From the NCBI GenBank assembly GCA_965250155.1, contig OZ252291.1:1804024-1868023 (forward strand): a stretch of DNA of 64,000 nucleotides, read 5' to 3'. Origin of the DNA: Gemmatimonadales bacterium (GTDB lineage Bacteria; Gemmatimonadota; Gemmatimonadetes; Gemmatimonadales; GWC2-71-9). The first letter of the stretch is position 1. Each line of letters opens with the position of its first letter. Shown piece by piece: positions 6,769 to 16,522 of the stretch. The position numbers and the translations under genes were made by a program. The notes under the pieces were generated by a model. The model made no database searches, was not told the origin of the DNA, and saw only the letters and a list, made by a program, of their open reading frames with translations.

Positions 6769-9700
6769 ATGAGCGAATCCTTCTTCGAAAAACCAATCCT
6801 CAACTCTCCGTACGAGTACCCAGCCCGCCACTGGGAACTCGACGACTCCGGTCAACCCACCAGCCGCATTGTCGAAAAGCGCCGCCCCGTCTCCTTTATC
6901 ACCCCCATACCCAAACCCAAGAAACGCAGGCGGGATGAACAAAAGGAGATGGTCCTTGACGAGGGCAAAGGCATCTCAACCGAAGAGCAGCAGTACGACC
7001 CCACACCTATTATCAACGCGCTGCGCGTCCACGTGGACCGCTGGCGGGCGTTGCCCAACCCGCGGGACTGGAAAGTTACGCCCGAGACCGCGCGACTACT
7101 GGAATACTGGCGTAGTCATGAGTTTCAGAGCATCCGCCCGTTCTTCTGTCAGGTCGAGGCCGTCGAGACCGCGATCTGGCTCATAGAGGTGGCACCCAAG
7201 GCGGGCAAGACCGGAAAGGGCTTGTTGGGACATCTCGCCGCGGCCAACGAAGTTTCCAATCCGGGGCTCGCACGGCTGGCGTTGAAGCTGGCCACCGGCG
7301 CTGGCAAGACGACCGTCATGGCGATGCTGATCGCTTGGCAAACCGTCAACGCTGTCCGCCGGCCCAGCAGCAAGAAGTTCACGCGCGGATTCCTCCTCGT
7401 GACTCCCGGCATCACGATCCGCGACCGGCTGCGTGTCCTCCAGCCCAACGACCCGGACAGTTATTTCAAGACCCTCGAGCTGGTACCCAACGACATGCTG
7501 GGCGACCTCGACCGGGCGAAGATCGTGATCACGAATTACCACGCCTTCAAGCTGCGCGAGAAGTTGGAGCTGTCCAAGGGAGGCCGTTCGCTGCTCCAAG
7601 GCCGTGGTGCTCCCCTGGAGACGTTGGAGACGGAAGGACAGATGCTACAGCGGGTAATGCCAGAATTGATGGGGATGAAGAATATCCTCGTGCTGAACGA
7701 CGAGGCGCACCACTGCTACCGGGAGCGACCGGGGAGTGGGGAGGATGAAGCTCTGAAAGGTGATGACCGGAAGGAGGCTGAAAAGAACAAAGAGGTGGCC
7801 CGTCTGTGGATTTCTGGCATCGAGGCCGTAACCCGAAAGATCGGCGTGCCCCAGATCATTGATCTGTCCGCCACGCCGTTCTTCCTGCGCGGCTCGGGCT
7901 ATGCCGAGGGGACGTTATTCCCGTGGACGATGAGCGACTTCTCTCTGATGGATGCGATCGAGTGCGGCATCGTGAAGCTGCCCCGCGTGCCTGTGTCGGA
8001 CAACATACCTGGCGAGGACATGCCCAAGTTCCGTAATCTTTGGGAACACATCCGTAACAAGATGCCGAAGAAAGGTCGCGGAAAGGCGAAGACCTTGGAT
8101 CCGCTGAGCCTGCCCGTGGAGTTACAGACCGCGCTCCAGGCCTTGTACGGCCACTACAAGAAGACATACGAGCTGTGGCAAGATGAGGGAATCTCGATTC
8201 CTCCTTGCTTCATCGTGGTGTGCAACAACACGTCCACATCGAAGTTGGTGTACGACTTCATCTCGGGCTTTCATCGAGAGAACCCCGACGGCTCGACATC
8301 GCTAGAGAACGGGCGCCTCGCCCTGTTCCGGAACTTCGATGAGCACGGCAATCCGTTTGCTCGTCCCCATACGCTGCTCATCGACTCGGAACAACTCGAG
8401 TCGGGAGATGCCTTGGACAAGAACTTCAGAAACGTTGCGGCGGACGAGATTGAGCGGTTCCGGCGTGAGATCAGGGAGCGCGAAGGACCGCAGGCCGGAG
8501 ACAAGATTACGGATCAAGATCTCCTCCGCGAGGCGATGAACACGGTCGGAAAGAAGGATCGCTTGGGCGAACGCATTCGGTGCGTGGTATCGGTCTCGAT
8601 GTTGACGGAGGGCTGGGATACCAACACCGTGACTCACGTCCTCGGCGTTCGGGCCTTTGGCACCCAACTACTCTGCGAACAGGTGATCGGCCGCGCGTTG
8701 CGCCGTCAGTCCTATGATCTAAACGAAAAAAGTCTCTTCAATGTCGAGTATGCCGACATCTTGGGAATTCCCTTCGATTTCACGGCCGAGCCGATCAAGG
8801 TCAAGCCGATACCGCCCCGCGAAACGGTTCAGGTGAACGCCGTACGTCCCGATCGTGACCATCTCGAAATTCGCTTCCCGCGGGTTGAGGGGTACCGCAT
8901 CGAGCTTCCCGAAGAGAGGCTCACCGCAGAATTCAATGAAGATTCCGTGCTCGAATTAACGCCCGATCTCGTGGGTCCTTCGGTGACGCACAACCAGGGC
9001 ATCCTGGGCGAGGGAGTCGATCTGAGCCTCATGCATCTCGAGGACGTACGAGCCTCGACAGTGCTCTTCAACGTGACCAAGCGTTTGCTCTACACGAAGT
9101 GGCGGGACCCCGGCGAGGAGCCCAAGCTCCATCTGTTTGGCCAGCTCAAGCGCATCACGCGCCAGTGGTTGGACACCTGTCTGGTTTGCAAGGGCGGGAC
9201 GTACCCGGCCCAACTGCTCTACCAGGAACTGGCGGACATGGCGTGCGAGCGGATCACGATGGGGATTACGACAAGCATGGCGGACGAGACGCCTGTGAAG
9301 GCTCTCCTCGACCCGTACAACCCGGCGGGATCAACGAACCACGTCAATTTTAACACCTCGAAGCGGACCCGTTGGGAGACTGATCATCGGCGCTGCCACA
9401 TCAATTGGGTGGTATGCGACAGTGACTGGGAAGCTGAGTTCTGCCGGGTGGCCGAGTCGCATCCCAAGGTGCTCCGCTATGTAAAGAACCAGGGCTTCGG
9501 CCTAGAGGTGCCCTATCGGATGGGGTCAGAATCCAAGAAGTACATCCCCGACTTTATCGTGGTGGTGGACCTGGGGGACGGAAAGGAGCTGAACTTCATT
9601 GTCGAGATCAAAGGCTATCGGCGTGAAAATGCTAAAGTAAAGAAAGAAACGATGATGGCTTACTGGGTGCCGGGTGTTAATCATTCAGGTCAATTTGGCC

Positions 9701-9804
9701 GGTGGGCGTTCGCCGAGCTGAAAGACGTGTACGAGATCGCGTCGGAGTTCGGCCAGATCGTCGAGGACGCGTGCAACCAGACAGAGCCCGGGCGGCGGCG
9801 TTGA
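6769..9804 (+). CDS. res: Type III-like restriction enzyme Res subunit (SF2 DEAH helicase with C-terminal PD-(D/E)xK nuclease)
   Basis: 1011 aa. Walker A LATGAGKTTVMAMLIAW, DEAH box LNDEAHHCY, motif VSMLTEGWDTNTVTHV, motif VI QVIGRALRR, nuclease-like YIPDFIVVVD...FIVEIKGY near the C-terminus. Confidence 0.85.
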   Translation: MSESFFEKPILNSPYEYPARHWELDDSGQPTSRIVEKRRPVSFITPIPKPKKRRRDEQKEMVLDEGKGISTEEQQYDPTPIINALRVHVDRWRALPNPRDWKVTPETARLLEYWRSHEFQSIRPFFCQVEAVETAIWLIEVAPKAGKTGKGLLGHLAAANEVSNPGLARLALKLATGAGKTTVMAMLIAWQTVNAVRRPSSKKFTRGFLLVTPGITIRDRLRVLQPNDPDSYFKTLELVPNDMLGDLDRAKIVITNYHAFKLREKLELSKGGRSLLQGRGAPLETLETEGQMLQRVMPELMGMKNILVLNDEAHHCYRERPGSGEDEALKGDDRKEAEKNKEVARLWISGIEAVTRKIGVPQIIDLSATPFFLRGSGYAEGTLFPWTMSDFSLMDAIECGIVKLPRVPVSDNIPGEDMPKFRNLWEHIRNKMPKKGRGKAKTLDPLSLPVELQTALQALYGHYKKTYELWQDEGISIPPCFIVVCNNTSTSKLVYDFISGFHRENPDGSTSLENGRLALFRNFDEHGNPFARPHTLLIDSEQLESGDALDKNFRNVAADEIERFRREIREREGPQAGDKITDQDLLREAMNTVGKKDRLGERIRCVVSVSMLTEGWDTNTVTHVLGVRAFGTQLLCEQVIGRALRRQSYDLNEKSLFNVEYADILGIPFDFTAEPIKVKPIPPRETVQVNAVRPDRDHLEIRFPRVEGYRIELPEERLTAEFNEDSVLELTPDLVGPSVTHNQGILGEGVDLSLMHLEDVRASTVLFNVTKRLLYTKWRDPGEEPKLHLFGQLKRITRQWLDTCLVCKGGTYPAQLLYQELADMACERITMGITTSMADETPVKALLDPYNPAGSTNHVNFNTSKRTRWETDHRRCHINWVVCDSDWEAEFCRVAESHPKVLRYVKNQGFGLEVPYRMGSESKKYIPDFIVVVDLGDGKELNFIVEIKGYRRENAKVKKETMMAYWVPGVNHSGQFGRWAFAELKDVYEIASEFGQIVEDACNQTEPGRRR

Positions 9805-9826
9805 CGACGGGTGGTAAGGAAGGGTA

Positions 9827-12628
9827 ATGGCAAAGAAAAAGAGTAGCCGAAAGAAGGCCCCGAAGCAGGTAGAGACGCTCACCCACGACGAGGCGAAGCG
9901 CGCATATATCCCCACGGCCGAGTATCAGCCGATGATGGTGAAGGAGCCGCCGTTGCGTGTGGCGTACGAGCGGCGGAACCGGGACCTAGATCCCCAGCTC
10001 GTGTGGCGCGGCAAGGACGTTCAGAATTGGTCCGATCTCGTGGTGCATGCGCCGCCGCTCTATATACAGGAAAAGGTTCACCCCAAGGTGTTGGTTGACG
10101 ATCTGGTGAGGCGTACAACAGAAAGCGCCGGCGACGAGGCAACGGAGGAGCTAGATCTGTTCGCCGATTTCAACGGCGTGCCCGACGAGGTGAAGACGAC
10201 GGAGTTTTATCAGCACGACGCTAACTGGACTAACCGGCTGATTCTGGGGGACAGCCTGCAGGTGATGGCGTCGTTGGCGGAGCGGGAGGGATTACGAGGC
10301 AAGGTGCAGTGCATTTATGTCGATCCGCCGTACGGGATCAAGTTCAACTCAAATTTTCAGTGGTCGACGACGAGTCGGGATGTAAAGGATGGCAAGACTG
10401 ATCATATCACGCGTGAGCCGGAGCAGGTCAAAGCGTTTCGCGACACCTGGAGGGACGGGATTCATTCGTATCTTACCTACCTCCGTGATCGACTCTCCGT
10501 GGGTCGCGACCTCCTTGCAAACTCTGGTTCCATTTTTATCCAGATTGGTAATGAGAACGTACACAGAGTCCGTGCTCTTATGGACGAGGTATTCGGAATT
10601 GATAACTTTGTCAGCGAGGTGGCATTTTCGAAAACTACGGGTCAGACGAGTGAACTGCTTCCCTCCGCAGTAGATTTTTTGCTGTGGTATGCAAAAGATA
10701 GATCTCTCGTGAAATTTCGAAGACCACTTCGTCGAAAAATCGTTGGCGGTGAGGGAGCAGTGGTCTACACTCAGATCGAAGACGAGCGCTTGATGCGACG
10801 GCGGATGACCCTTGGGGAATTGAAAGAAGGAGGAAGCAGCGGGCGGATTTTTGCGACATCTGATTTGAGAAGCCAAAGTGGCGGAGAGGCTACTGCTTTT
10901 GAGGTCAAGTTCCAGGGTACAACGTTTACTCCCGAAAAGGGGTTCTGGAAGACAAGTCAATTGGGGTTCGAAAGGTTGATGCAGGCTAATCGAATTACTA
11001 CAAGCGGGTCGACGATACGATATATGAGATACTTTGAAGATAGTCCAGTCTATGGTTTCACAAATGTTTGGGGTGACACTGGGACCGGGAGCTTTACAGA
11101 GGAAAAGATATATGTGGTACAAACCGGTACGAAAACTATAGAGCGGTGTATTTCAATGGTCACGGACCCCGGGGATTTGGTTTTTGATCCCACCTGCGGT
11201 TCAGGAACCACCGCCTATGTTGCCGAACAATGGGGCCGCCGCTGGATTACGATCGACACGTCCCGAGTGGCTCTTGCTCTTGCTCGCGCCCGCATCATGG
11301 GCGCCCGTTACCCATACTACCTCTTGTCCGACAGTCGAGACGGACAACAAAAGGAAGCGGAAATTACGCGCACTGTTCCGTCGGAAGCCCCGACCCACGG
11401 AGACATACGCCACGGATTTGTATACGAGCGGGTACCACATATTACCCTCAAGTCGATCGCAAACAATGCCGAGATTGATGTCATCTGGGAGTCATACGAA
11501 AAAAAACTGGAACCATCACGGGAAAAATTGAACAAGGCGCTCAAGCAAGAGTGGGAGGAGTGGGAAATACCGCGGGACGCGGAAGCTTCCTGGGGATCCG
11601 AGGCCAATAAGCTCCATGCCGAGTGGTGGCAGAACCGGCTCGCTCGGCAAAAGGAGATCGACAAGTCAATCGCCGCCAAGGCGGAGTTCGAGTGTCTCTA
11701 CGACAAACCATACGGGGACAAATCCAAGGTCCGCGTGGCGGGACCGTTCACCGTCGAGAGTGTCTCACCCCACCGCGTGCTCGGCGTAGACGAAGACGAC
11801 GAACTGATCGATGAGGCCGAAAACAAGAAAGGCGGAGGCAGTGACCGCCTGGACTTTGCACAGATGATCCTCGATCACCTAAAAACTTCCGGCGTCCAGC
11901 AGGCCCACAAAGAAGACAAGATCGAGTTCGCGTCCATCGCCCCGTGGCCCGGGCAGTACGTCTGCGCCGAGGGCCGATATATGGAAGGCAACGGGAACGG
12001 CAGTGTGGAGAAACGGGCGGGGATATTCATCGGCCCTGAGTTTGGCACCGTGTCGCGGCCGGATCTGGTCGCGGCCGCCAGAGAGGCGGGGGACGCTGAC
12101 TTCGATGTACTCGTCGCGTGCGCATTCAACTACGACGCCCATTCTGCGGAGTTCGACAAACTCGGCCGTATCCCCGTGCTAAAGGCCCGCATGAACGCCG
12201 ATCTCCACATGGCCGAGGACCTCAAAAATACGGGCAAGGGCAATCTGTTCGTCATCTTTGGCGAGCCGGACATCGACATCTTAGACGCGGAAGACGGCCA
12301 AATCCATGTGAAAATCAACGGCGTGGACGTGTTCCACCCGCAGACGGGAGAGGTTCACAGCGACGGCGCCGATGGGATCGCTTGCTGGTTCGTCGATACG
12401 GACTATAACGAAGAGAGTTTTTTCGTCCGCCACGCATATTTCCTCGGCGCCAACGATCCATACAAGGCCCTCAAGACCACGCTTAAGGCGGAGATCAACG
12501 AGGAGGCGTGGGAAACCCTTCACAGCGACACGTCTCGGCCCTTTGATAAGCCGAAGTCGGGACGGATTGCCGTGAAGGTGATTAATCATCTCGGGGATGA
12601 GGTGATGAAGGTGTTTAAGGTGGAGTGA
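9827..12628 (+). CDS. mod: site-specific DNA methyltransferase (N6-A/N4-C, beta-class order) with a long C-terminal extension
   Basis: 933 aa. Catalytic IYVDPPYGIKFNSNF lies upstream of the SAM motif VFDPTCGSGTTAYVAEQWGRRWITID. About 430 aa follow the catalytic core. It begins 23 nt after the res stop. Confidence 0.85.
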   Translation: MAKKKSSRKKAPKQVETLTHDEAKRAYIPTAEYQPMMVKEPPLRVAYERRNRDLDPQLVWRGKDVQNWSDLVVHAPPLYIQEKVHPKVLVDDLVRRTTESAGDEATEELDLFADFNGVPDEVKTTEFYQHDANWTNRLILGDSLQVMASLAEREGLRGKVQCIYVDPPYGIKFNSNFQWSTTSRDVKDGKTDHITREPEQVKAFRDTWRDGIHSYLTYLRDRLSVGRDLLANSGSIFIQIGNENVHRVRALMDEVFGIDNFVSEVAFSKTTGQTSELLPSAVDFLLWYAKDRSLVKFRRPLRRKIVGGEGAVVYTQIEDERLMRRRMTLGELKEGGSSGRIFATSDLRSQSGGEATAFEVKFQGTTFTPEKGFWKTSQLGFERLMQANRITTSGSTIRYMRYFEDSPVYGFTNVWGDTGTGSFTEEKIYVVQTGTKTIERCISMVTDPGDLVFDPTCGSGTTAYVAEQWGRRWITIDTSRVALALARARIMGARYPYYLLSDSRDGQQKEAEITRTVPSEAPTHGDIRHGFVYERVPHITLKSIANNAEIDVIWESYEKKLEPSREKLNKALKQEWEEWEIPRDAEASWGSEANKLHAEWWQNRLARQKEIDKSIAAKAEFECLYDKPYGDKSKVRVAGPFTVESVSPHRVLGVDEDDELIDEAENKKGGGSDRLDFAQMILDHLKTSGVQQAHKEDKIEFASIAPWPGQYVCAEGRYMEGNGNGSVEKRAGIFIGPEFGTVSRPDLVAAAREAGDADFDVLVACAFNYDAHSAEFDKLGRIPVLKARMNADLHMAEDLKNTGKGNLFVIFGEPDIDILDAEDGQIHVKINGVDVFHPQTGEVHSDGADGIACWFVDTDYNEESFFVRHAYFLGANDPYKALKTTLKAEINEEAWETLHSDTSRPFDKPKSGRIAVKVINHLGDEVMKVFKVE

Positions 12629-14721
12629 TGGAATTCCGCATTGCGGATACCTTCACTGATAGCCTCGCCAAACTGACCGGCGACGAGCAGAAGGCCGTGA
12701 AGACCACGGCCTTCGACCTGCAATTGAACCCGGCCAACCCCGGCATGCGGTTCCACCGTCTCGACCGAGCCAGAGACCCCAACTTCTGGTCCGTTCGGGT
12801 CAGTGACGACATCCGGCTGATCGTTCACAAATCTGACGCCAACCTGCTGCTCTGCTACGTCGCCCATCACGACGATGCGTACCGCTGGGGCGGGCGTCGG
12901 AAGATCGAACGACACCCCAAAACCGGCGCGGCGCAGCTGGTCGAGGTCCGCGAGACGGTAAAAGAAATCACCGTCCCCAGATACGTAGAGGTGCAAGAGC
13001 CGGTTCCTCCGAAGCCCCTCTTCGCCGACGTTCCCGAGGAAGCTCTGCTCGCATATGGCGTTCCCGCCGAGTGGATCGACGATGTGTTAACGGTAAACGA
13101 GGACACGCTGTTCGAGCTGGCGGAACACTTGCCGGGAGAAGCGGCCGAGGCATTGCTCGATCTGGCCACGGGCGTGACGCCTCAGGTCGCCCCGAAGGTC
13201 GCGGCAGACCAGGATCCCTTCGAGCATCCAGACGCCCTCCGCCGATTCCGGGTGATGACAAACGTCGAGGAGTTGGAACGTGCGCTCGAAGCGCCCTGGG
13301 AACGATGGACAGTGTTTCTTCACCCCGCACAGCAGCACATTGTGGAGGGAAACTACAGTGGCCCGGCGCGAGTAGCTGGCTCCGCGGGGACGGGCAAGAC
13401 TATCGTAGCACTTCACCGTTCGGTGTACCTCGCACGGAAGCACGCCGACGCTCGCGTGCTCCTGACCACCTTCTCAGAGACCCTTGCCAACGCGCTGCGG
13501 CGTAGGCTCAACCTGTTGATCGGAAACGAGCCGAAGATCGCAGAGCGCCTCGAAGTGCACTCGATCAACGGCATCGGGCGACGGCTGTACGAAACCAATG
13601 TGGGTCCCGCGCACGTCGCCACACCGGAGCAGATCCGAACGATGTTGCGCGACGCATCGGCCGAGGGGCCCGTTCAGAAGTTCAGCCCTCACTTCCTGTC
13701 GAAAGAATGGTCGGAAGTCGTGGACGCCTGGCAACTCCGCACGTGGGAGCAATATCGCGATGTCAGACGCCTCGGCCGTAAGACACGTCTTGCGGAGACC
13801 CAGAGGGAAATCCTATGGGCGGTCTTCGAGAAGGTCCGGGCCGCGTTGGCGGACGCGGATCTCCAGACCCAATCGAATTTGTTAGATCAGGTGGCGGCCA
13901 AGTTGACCGACGCCCGCCACCCAGCTTTCGGGTTCGCCGTGATCGACGAATCGCAGGACATCGGCGTTGCTGAACTTCGCTTCCTCGCTGCCCTCGGCGG
14001 GGATCGGCCTAACGCCCTGTTCTTCGCCGGTGACCTAGGTCAGCGCATTTTCCAACAACCATACTCCTGGAAGGCGCTCGGCGTCGACGTGCGCGGGCGG
14101 TCCAAGAGGCTGCGTATCAACTACCGCACATCTCACCAAATCCGTCTATATGCGGACCGGTTGCTGGGGCCGGAGGTGTCGGATGTCGACGGTATCACGG
14201 ACGATCGTCGTGGGACGGTATCGGTGTTCAACGGTCCCAACCCCTCAATAGATCTCTTCGACAACCCAGGCGAAGAGGGTGAGGCCGTCGCCCGGTGGAT
14301 CGGCGACCGCCTGGCCCACGATCTGCAACCACACGAAATAGCGCTGTTCGTGCGCTCGCCCGGCGAAATGGATCGCGCCCGTGCGGCGGTGGAGCCTCTT
14401 GGCGTCCCCACGGTCTCTTTGGATGGAGGGATGCAAACCCGGCGGGGCTCCCTGTCCCTGGCCACGATGCACCTCGCCAAGGGGTTGGAGTTCCGGGCTG
14501 TCTGTGTCATGGCCTGCGACGACGAGATCATACCGCTACAGGAGCGGATAGAGTCGGTGACGGATGATTCTGATTTGGACGATGTATACCAGACGGAACG
14601 GCACCTGCTGTATGTAGCTTGCACGCGTGCGCGGGACAATCTGCTAGTCACTGGCGTGATCCCCGGCTCTGAGTTCCTACAGGACTTGGAGGGCAACGGA
14701 ATGAGCTCAGGATCTATTTGA
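12628..14721 (+). CDS. UvrD/Rep-type SF1 helicase with N-terminal RelE/ParE-fold domain
   Basis: ATG at 12628 overlaps the mod stop (TGATG); a GTG at 12625 is also possible. The N-terminal ~90 aa (FHRLDRARDPNFWSVRVSDDIRLIVHKSDANLLLCYVAHHDDAY) look like a RelE/ParE toxin fold. These are followed by GSAGTGKTIVALHR (Walker A), VIDESQD, and a UvrD_C end LHLAKGLEFRAV...LLYVACTRARDNL. Confidence 0.8.
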   Translation: MEFRIADTFTDSLAKLTGDEQKAVKTTAFDLQLNPANPGMRFHRLDRARDPNFWSVRVSDDIRLIVHKSDANLLLCYVAHHDDAYRWGGRRKIERHPKTGAAQLVEVRETVKEITVPRYVEVQEPVPPKPLFADVPEEALLAYGVPAEWIDDVLTVNEDTLFELAEHLPGEAAEALLDLATGVTPQVAPKVAADQDPFEHPDALRRFRVMTNVEELERALEAPWERWTVFLHPAQQHIVEGNYSGPARVAGSAGTGKTIVALHRSVYLARKHADARVLLTTFSETLANALRRRLNLLIGNEPKIAERLEVHSINGIGRRLYETNVGPAHVATPEQIRTMLRDASAEGPVQKFSPHFLSKEWSEVVDAWQLRTWEQYRDVRRLGRKTRLAETQREILWAVFEKVRAALADADLQTQSNLLDQVAAKLTDARHPAFGFAVIDESQDIGVAELRFLAALGGDRPNALFFAGDLGQRIFQQPYSWKALGVDVRGRSKRLRINYRTSHQIRLYADRLLGPEVSDVDGITDDRRGTVSVFNGPNPSIDLFDNPGEEGEAVARWIGDRLAHDLQPHEIALFVRSPGEMDRARAAVEPLGVPTVSLDGGMQTRRGSLSLATMHLAKGLEFRAVCVMACDDEIIPLQERIESVTDDSDLDDVYQTERHLLYVACTRARDNLLVTGVIPGSEFLQDLEGNGMSSGSI

Positions 14722-14937
14722 TCGGGCCTACGAGTACATCAGAACGTACTACTGATGCGGCACATGGAAGCGCGAGCTTCTAGAAGCGATACGGGTTACC
14801 CAATCGGGCACTGTGGAGGAGCCTTTGTTGGGCATAGCCACCCGTTGGGACCTCGTGGCACTTCACTAATTATGGCTCGTGGGATCGGTGAGACAAGATA
14901 TTTCCGCTGGTAGCTTTGGACAGCGTGAGGTGGCAAT

Positions 14938-15681
14938 ATGGCGATTTTCGAGGTTGGCGATGAGGCAATTCGACCTGTTGAACTGACGTCATTCGGAGCA
15001 GCAGGCCTGAAGGAACGAACCGATCTACAACGTCTGCTGCGTGACCAGGTGGGCGTGGTGGCCCCGGATGTGTTGGTGATCGCCGAAGAGTTTGGAGAAT
15101 GGACAGAGTCACGACGGAGGGTAGATCTGCTTGGCGTCGATAAAGATGCCAATCTCGTTGTTATCGAACTGAAGCGGACGGATGACGGTGGACACATGGA
15201 ACTTCAGGCGGTGCGATATGCCGCGATGGTATCAACCCTGACGGCAGAGCGCGCCGTTGAAATCTTCGGTCAGTACTTGCATGCACGGGGGCGTGAGGAA
15301 GATGCCCAACAGACGCTTCTCGATTTTCTGGAATGGGATGAACTGGACGAGGATAGATTTGGGCAAGATGTTCGCCTCGTGCTGGTTTCCGCCGATTTTT
15401 CGCGCGAGCTAACCACTGCCGTCATGTGGTTGAGTGAAAAAGATCTGGATATCTGGTGCGTACGCATCCGACCGTATACCTACGAGGGGCGAACGCTAAT
15501 CGATGTGCAGCAGGTCCTACCCCTCCCGGAGGCCGCGGACTACCAGGTTCAAGTGCGCGAAAAGAAGCGGCAAGAACGCCGTGCTCGAAAGGTGGTATCG
15601 ACTTTACACGCTTTGATCTCACCATCGCGGAAAAAACGTATGGGCATCAGTGGAAGCGCAACGCCATCTTGCTTGTTGTGA
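14938..15681 (+). CDS. PD-(D/E)xK (NucS/DUF91-like) nuclease family protein, N-terminal part of an apparently split gene
   Basis: RRVDLLGVDKDANLVVIELKR is a D..(D/E)xK core, followed by HMELQAVRYAAMVS. Family-like sequence continues in the frame of ORF 15456..16016 after the A-run at 15588-15590. Confidence 0.6.
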   Translation: MAIFEVGDEAIRPVELTSFGAAGLKERTDLQRLLRDQVGVVAPDVLVIAEEFGEWTESRRRVDLLGVDKDANLVVIELKRTDDGGHMELQAVRYAAMVSTLTAERAVEIFGQYLHARGREEDAQQTLLDFLEWDELDEDRFGQDVRLVLVSADFSRELTTAVMWLSEKDLDIWCVRIRPYTYEGRTLIDVQQVLPLPEAADYQVQVREKKRQERRARKVVSTLHALISPSRKKRMGISGSATPSCLL

Positions 15682-16016
15682 AGCACCTGCACGAGCGGGG
15701 TGTATCTCCACAGGAGATTGGTGAGGTGCTTACCCCAGCAAAGGGGAAACGGTCGTGGCGAACTGTCGAAGGTGAGATCAGAAATGTTGAGGAGTTCAAC
15801 CAGAGAGCTGCTGTCGACGCCGAGGCCGGAGGTGCAAGTTACAACCCTCGTCGTTGGCATACAGATCAGGGTGACCTCTTTGTTCACGACGGTAAGACGT
15901 ACGTGTTCAGCAACCAATGGGGTCGGTCGTGGCCGGGTGCAATGGAGCTGCTGAAGGAACGCTATCCTGACATTGGGCTTGAGTGGATTCCGACTAAGGG
16001 AAAGGGCGGCGAGTGA
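15456..16016 (+). CDS. C-terminal continuation of the 14938 gene (frame shifted by 1 nt); real start not at 15456
   Basis: From about 15592 this frame reads GGIDFTRFDLTIAEKTYGHQWKRNAILLVVKHLHERGVSPQEI...GKTYVFSNQWG, which looks like a genuine domain. Upstream of that the frame looks non-coding. Confidence 0.5.
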   Translation: MRTHPTVYLRGANANRCAAGPTPPGGRGLPGSSARKEAARTPCSKGGIDFTRFDLTIAEKTYGHQWKRNAILLVVKHLHERGVSPQEIGEVLTPAKGKRSWRTVEGEIRNVEEFNQRAAVDAEAGGASYNPRRWHTDQGDLFVHDGKTYVFSNQWGRSWPGAMELLKERYPDIGLEWIPTKGKGGE

Positions 16017-16165
16017 GGAGGGCCAGGCCGGGCGAAGGGCATGACGTTCGAAACCTGTCTTGGTTGCTGCGTGGTTGTATTGGCCGGTGAGATGGCTAGG
16101 AAGCGGTCAAATGTACGGACGTCGAGTGACTGATGTCTTGAACTTCTCTTGAAAGTAACTCGAAT

Positions 16166-16522
16166 ATGAGTCATCTGGAGAATCTCTTGTATCAGTATTA
16201 CGACTGGCAGGGCTACCTAGTGCGTCGGAACGTCAAGGTGGGTCGTTTGAAGCATGGTGGATGGAAGGGAGAGCTGGATGTTGTGGCATATCATCCAATC
16301 AACAACGATCTTCTGCACTTGGAGCCGTCCATTGATGCACATTCCTGGCAAATCCGGGAGGAGCGTTTTGAGAAGAAGTTCGCAGCTGGTAAGAGGTATA
16401 TCTTCACCGAAGTGTTCCCTTGGCTCGAACAAGACACCCCGCTGACTCAGAGGGCAATCCTTGTTTCGCGTGGCAAGGAACGAACATCATTTGGCCGGAG
16501 GCGAAATCGTTACCATCGATGA
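16166..16522 (+). CDS. small PD-(D/E)xK-like hypothetical protein, N-terminal part of an apparently split gene
   Basis: GELDVVAYHP...LLHLEPS resembles a nuclease core. The frame breaks at the T-run 16490-16492. Confidence 0.5.
   Translation: MSHLENLLYQYYDWQGYLVRRNVKVGRLKHGGWKGELDVVAYHPINNDLLHLEPSIDAHSWQIREERFEKKFAAGKRYIFTEVFPWLEQDTPLTQRAILVSRGKERTSFGRRRNRYHR

Noticed and set aside
15588-15590. Programmed ribosomal frameshifting at the homopolymer break points (also 16490, 18574, 53813, 58276).
   Set aside because: There are no slippery heptamers and no downstream pseudoknots or hairpins. Directions are mixed (+1 and -1), and unrelated gene families are affected, including a MATE transporter. 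Sequencing indels explain all of them more simply.
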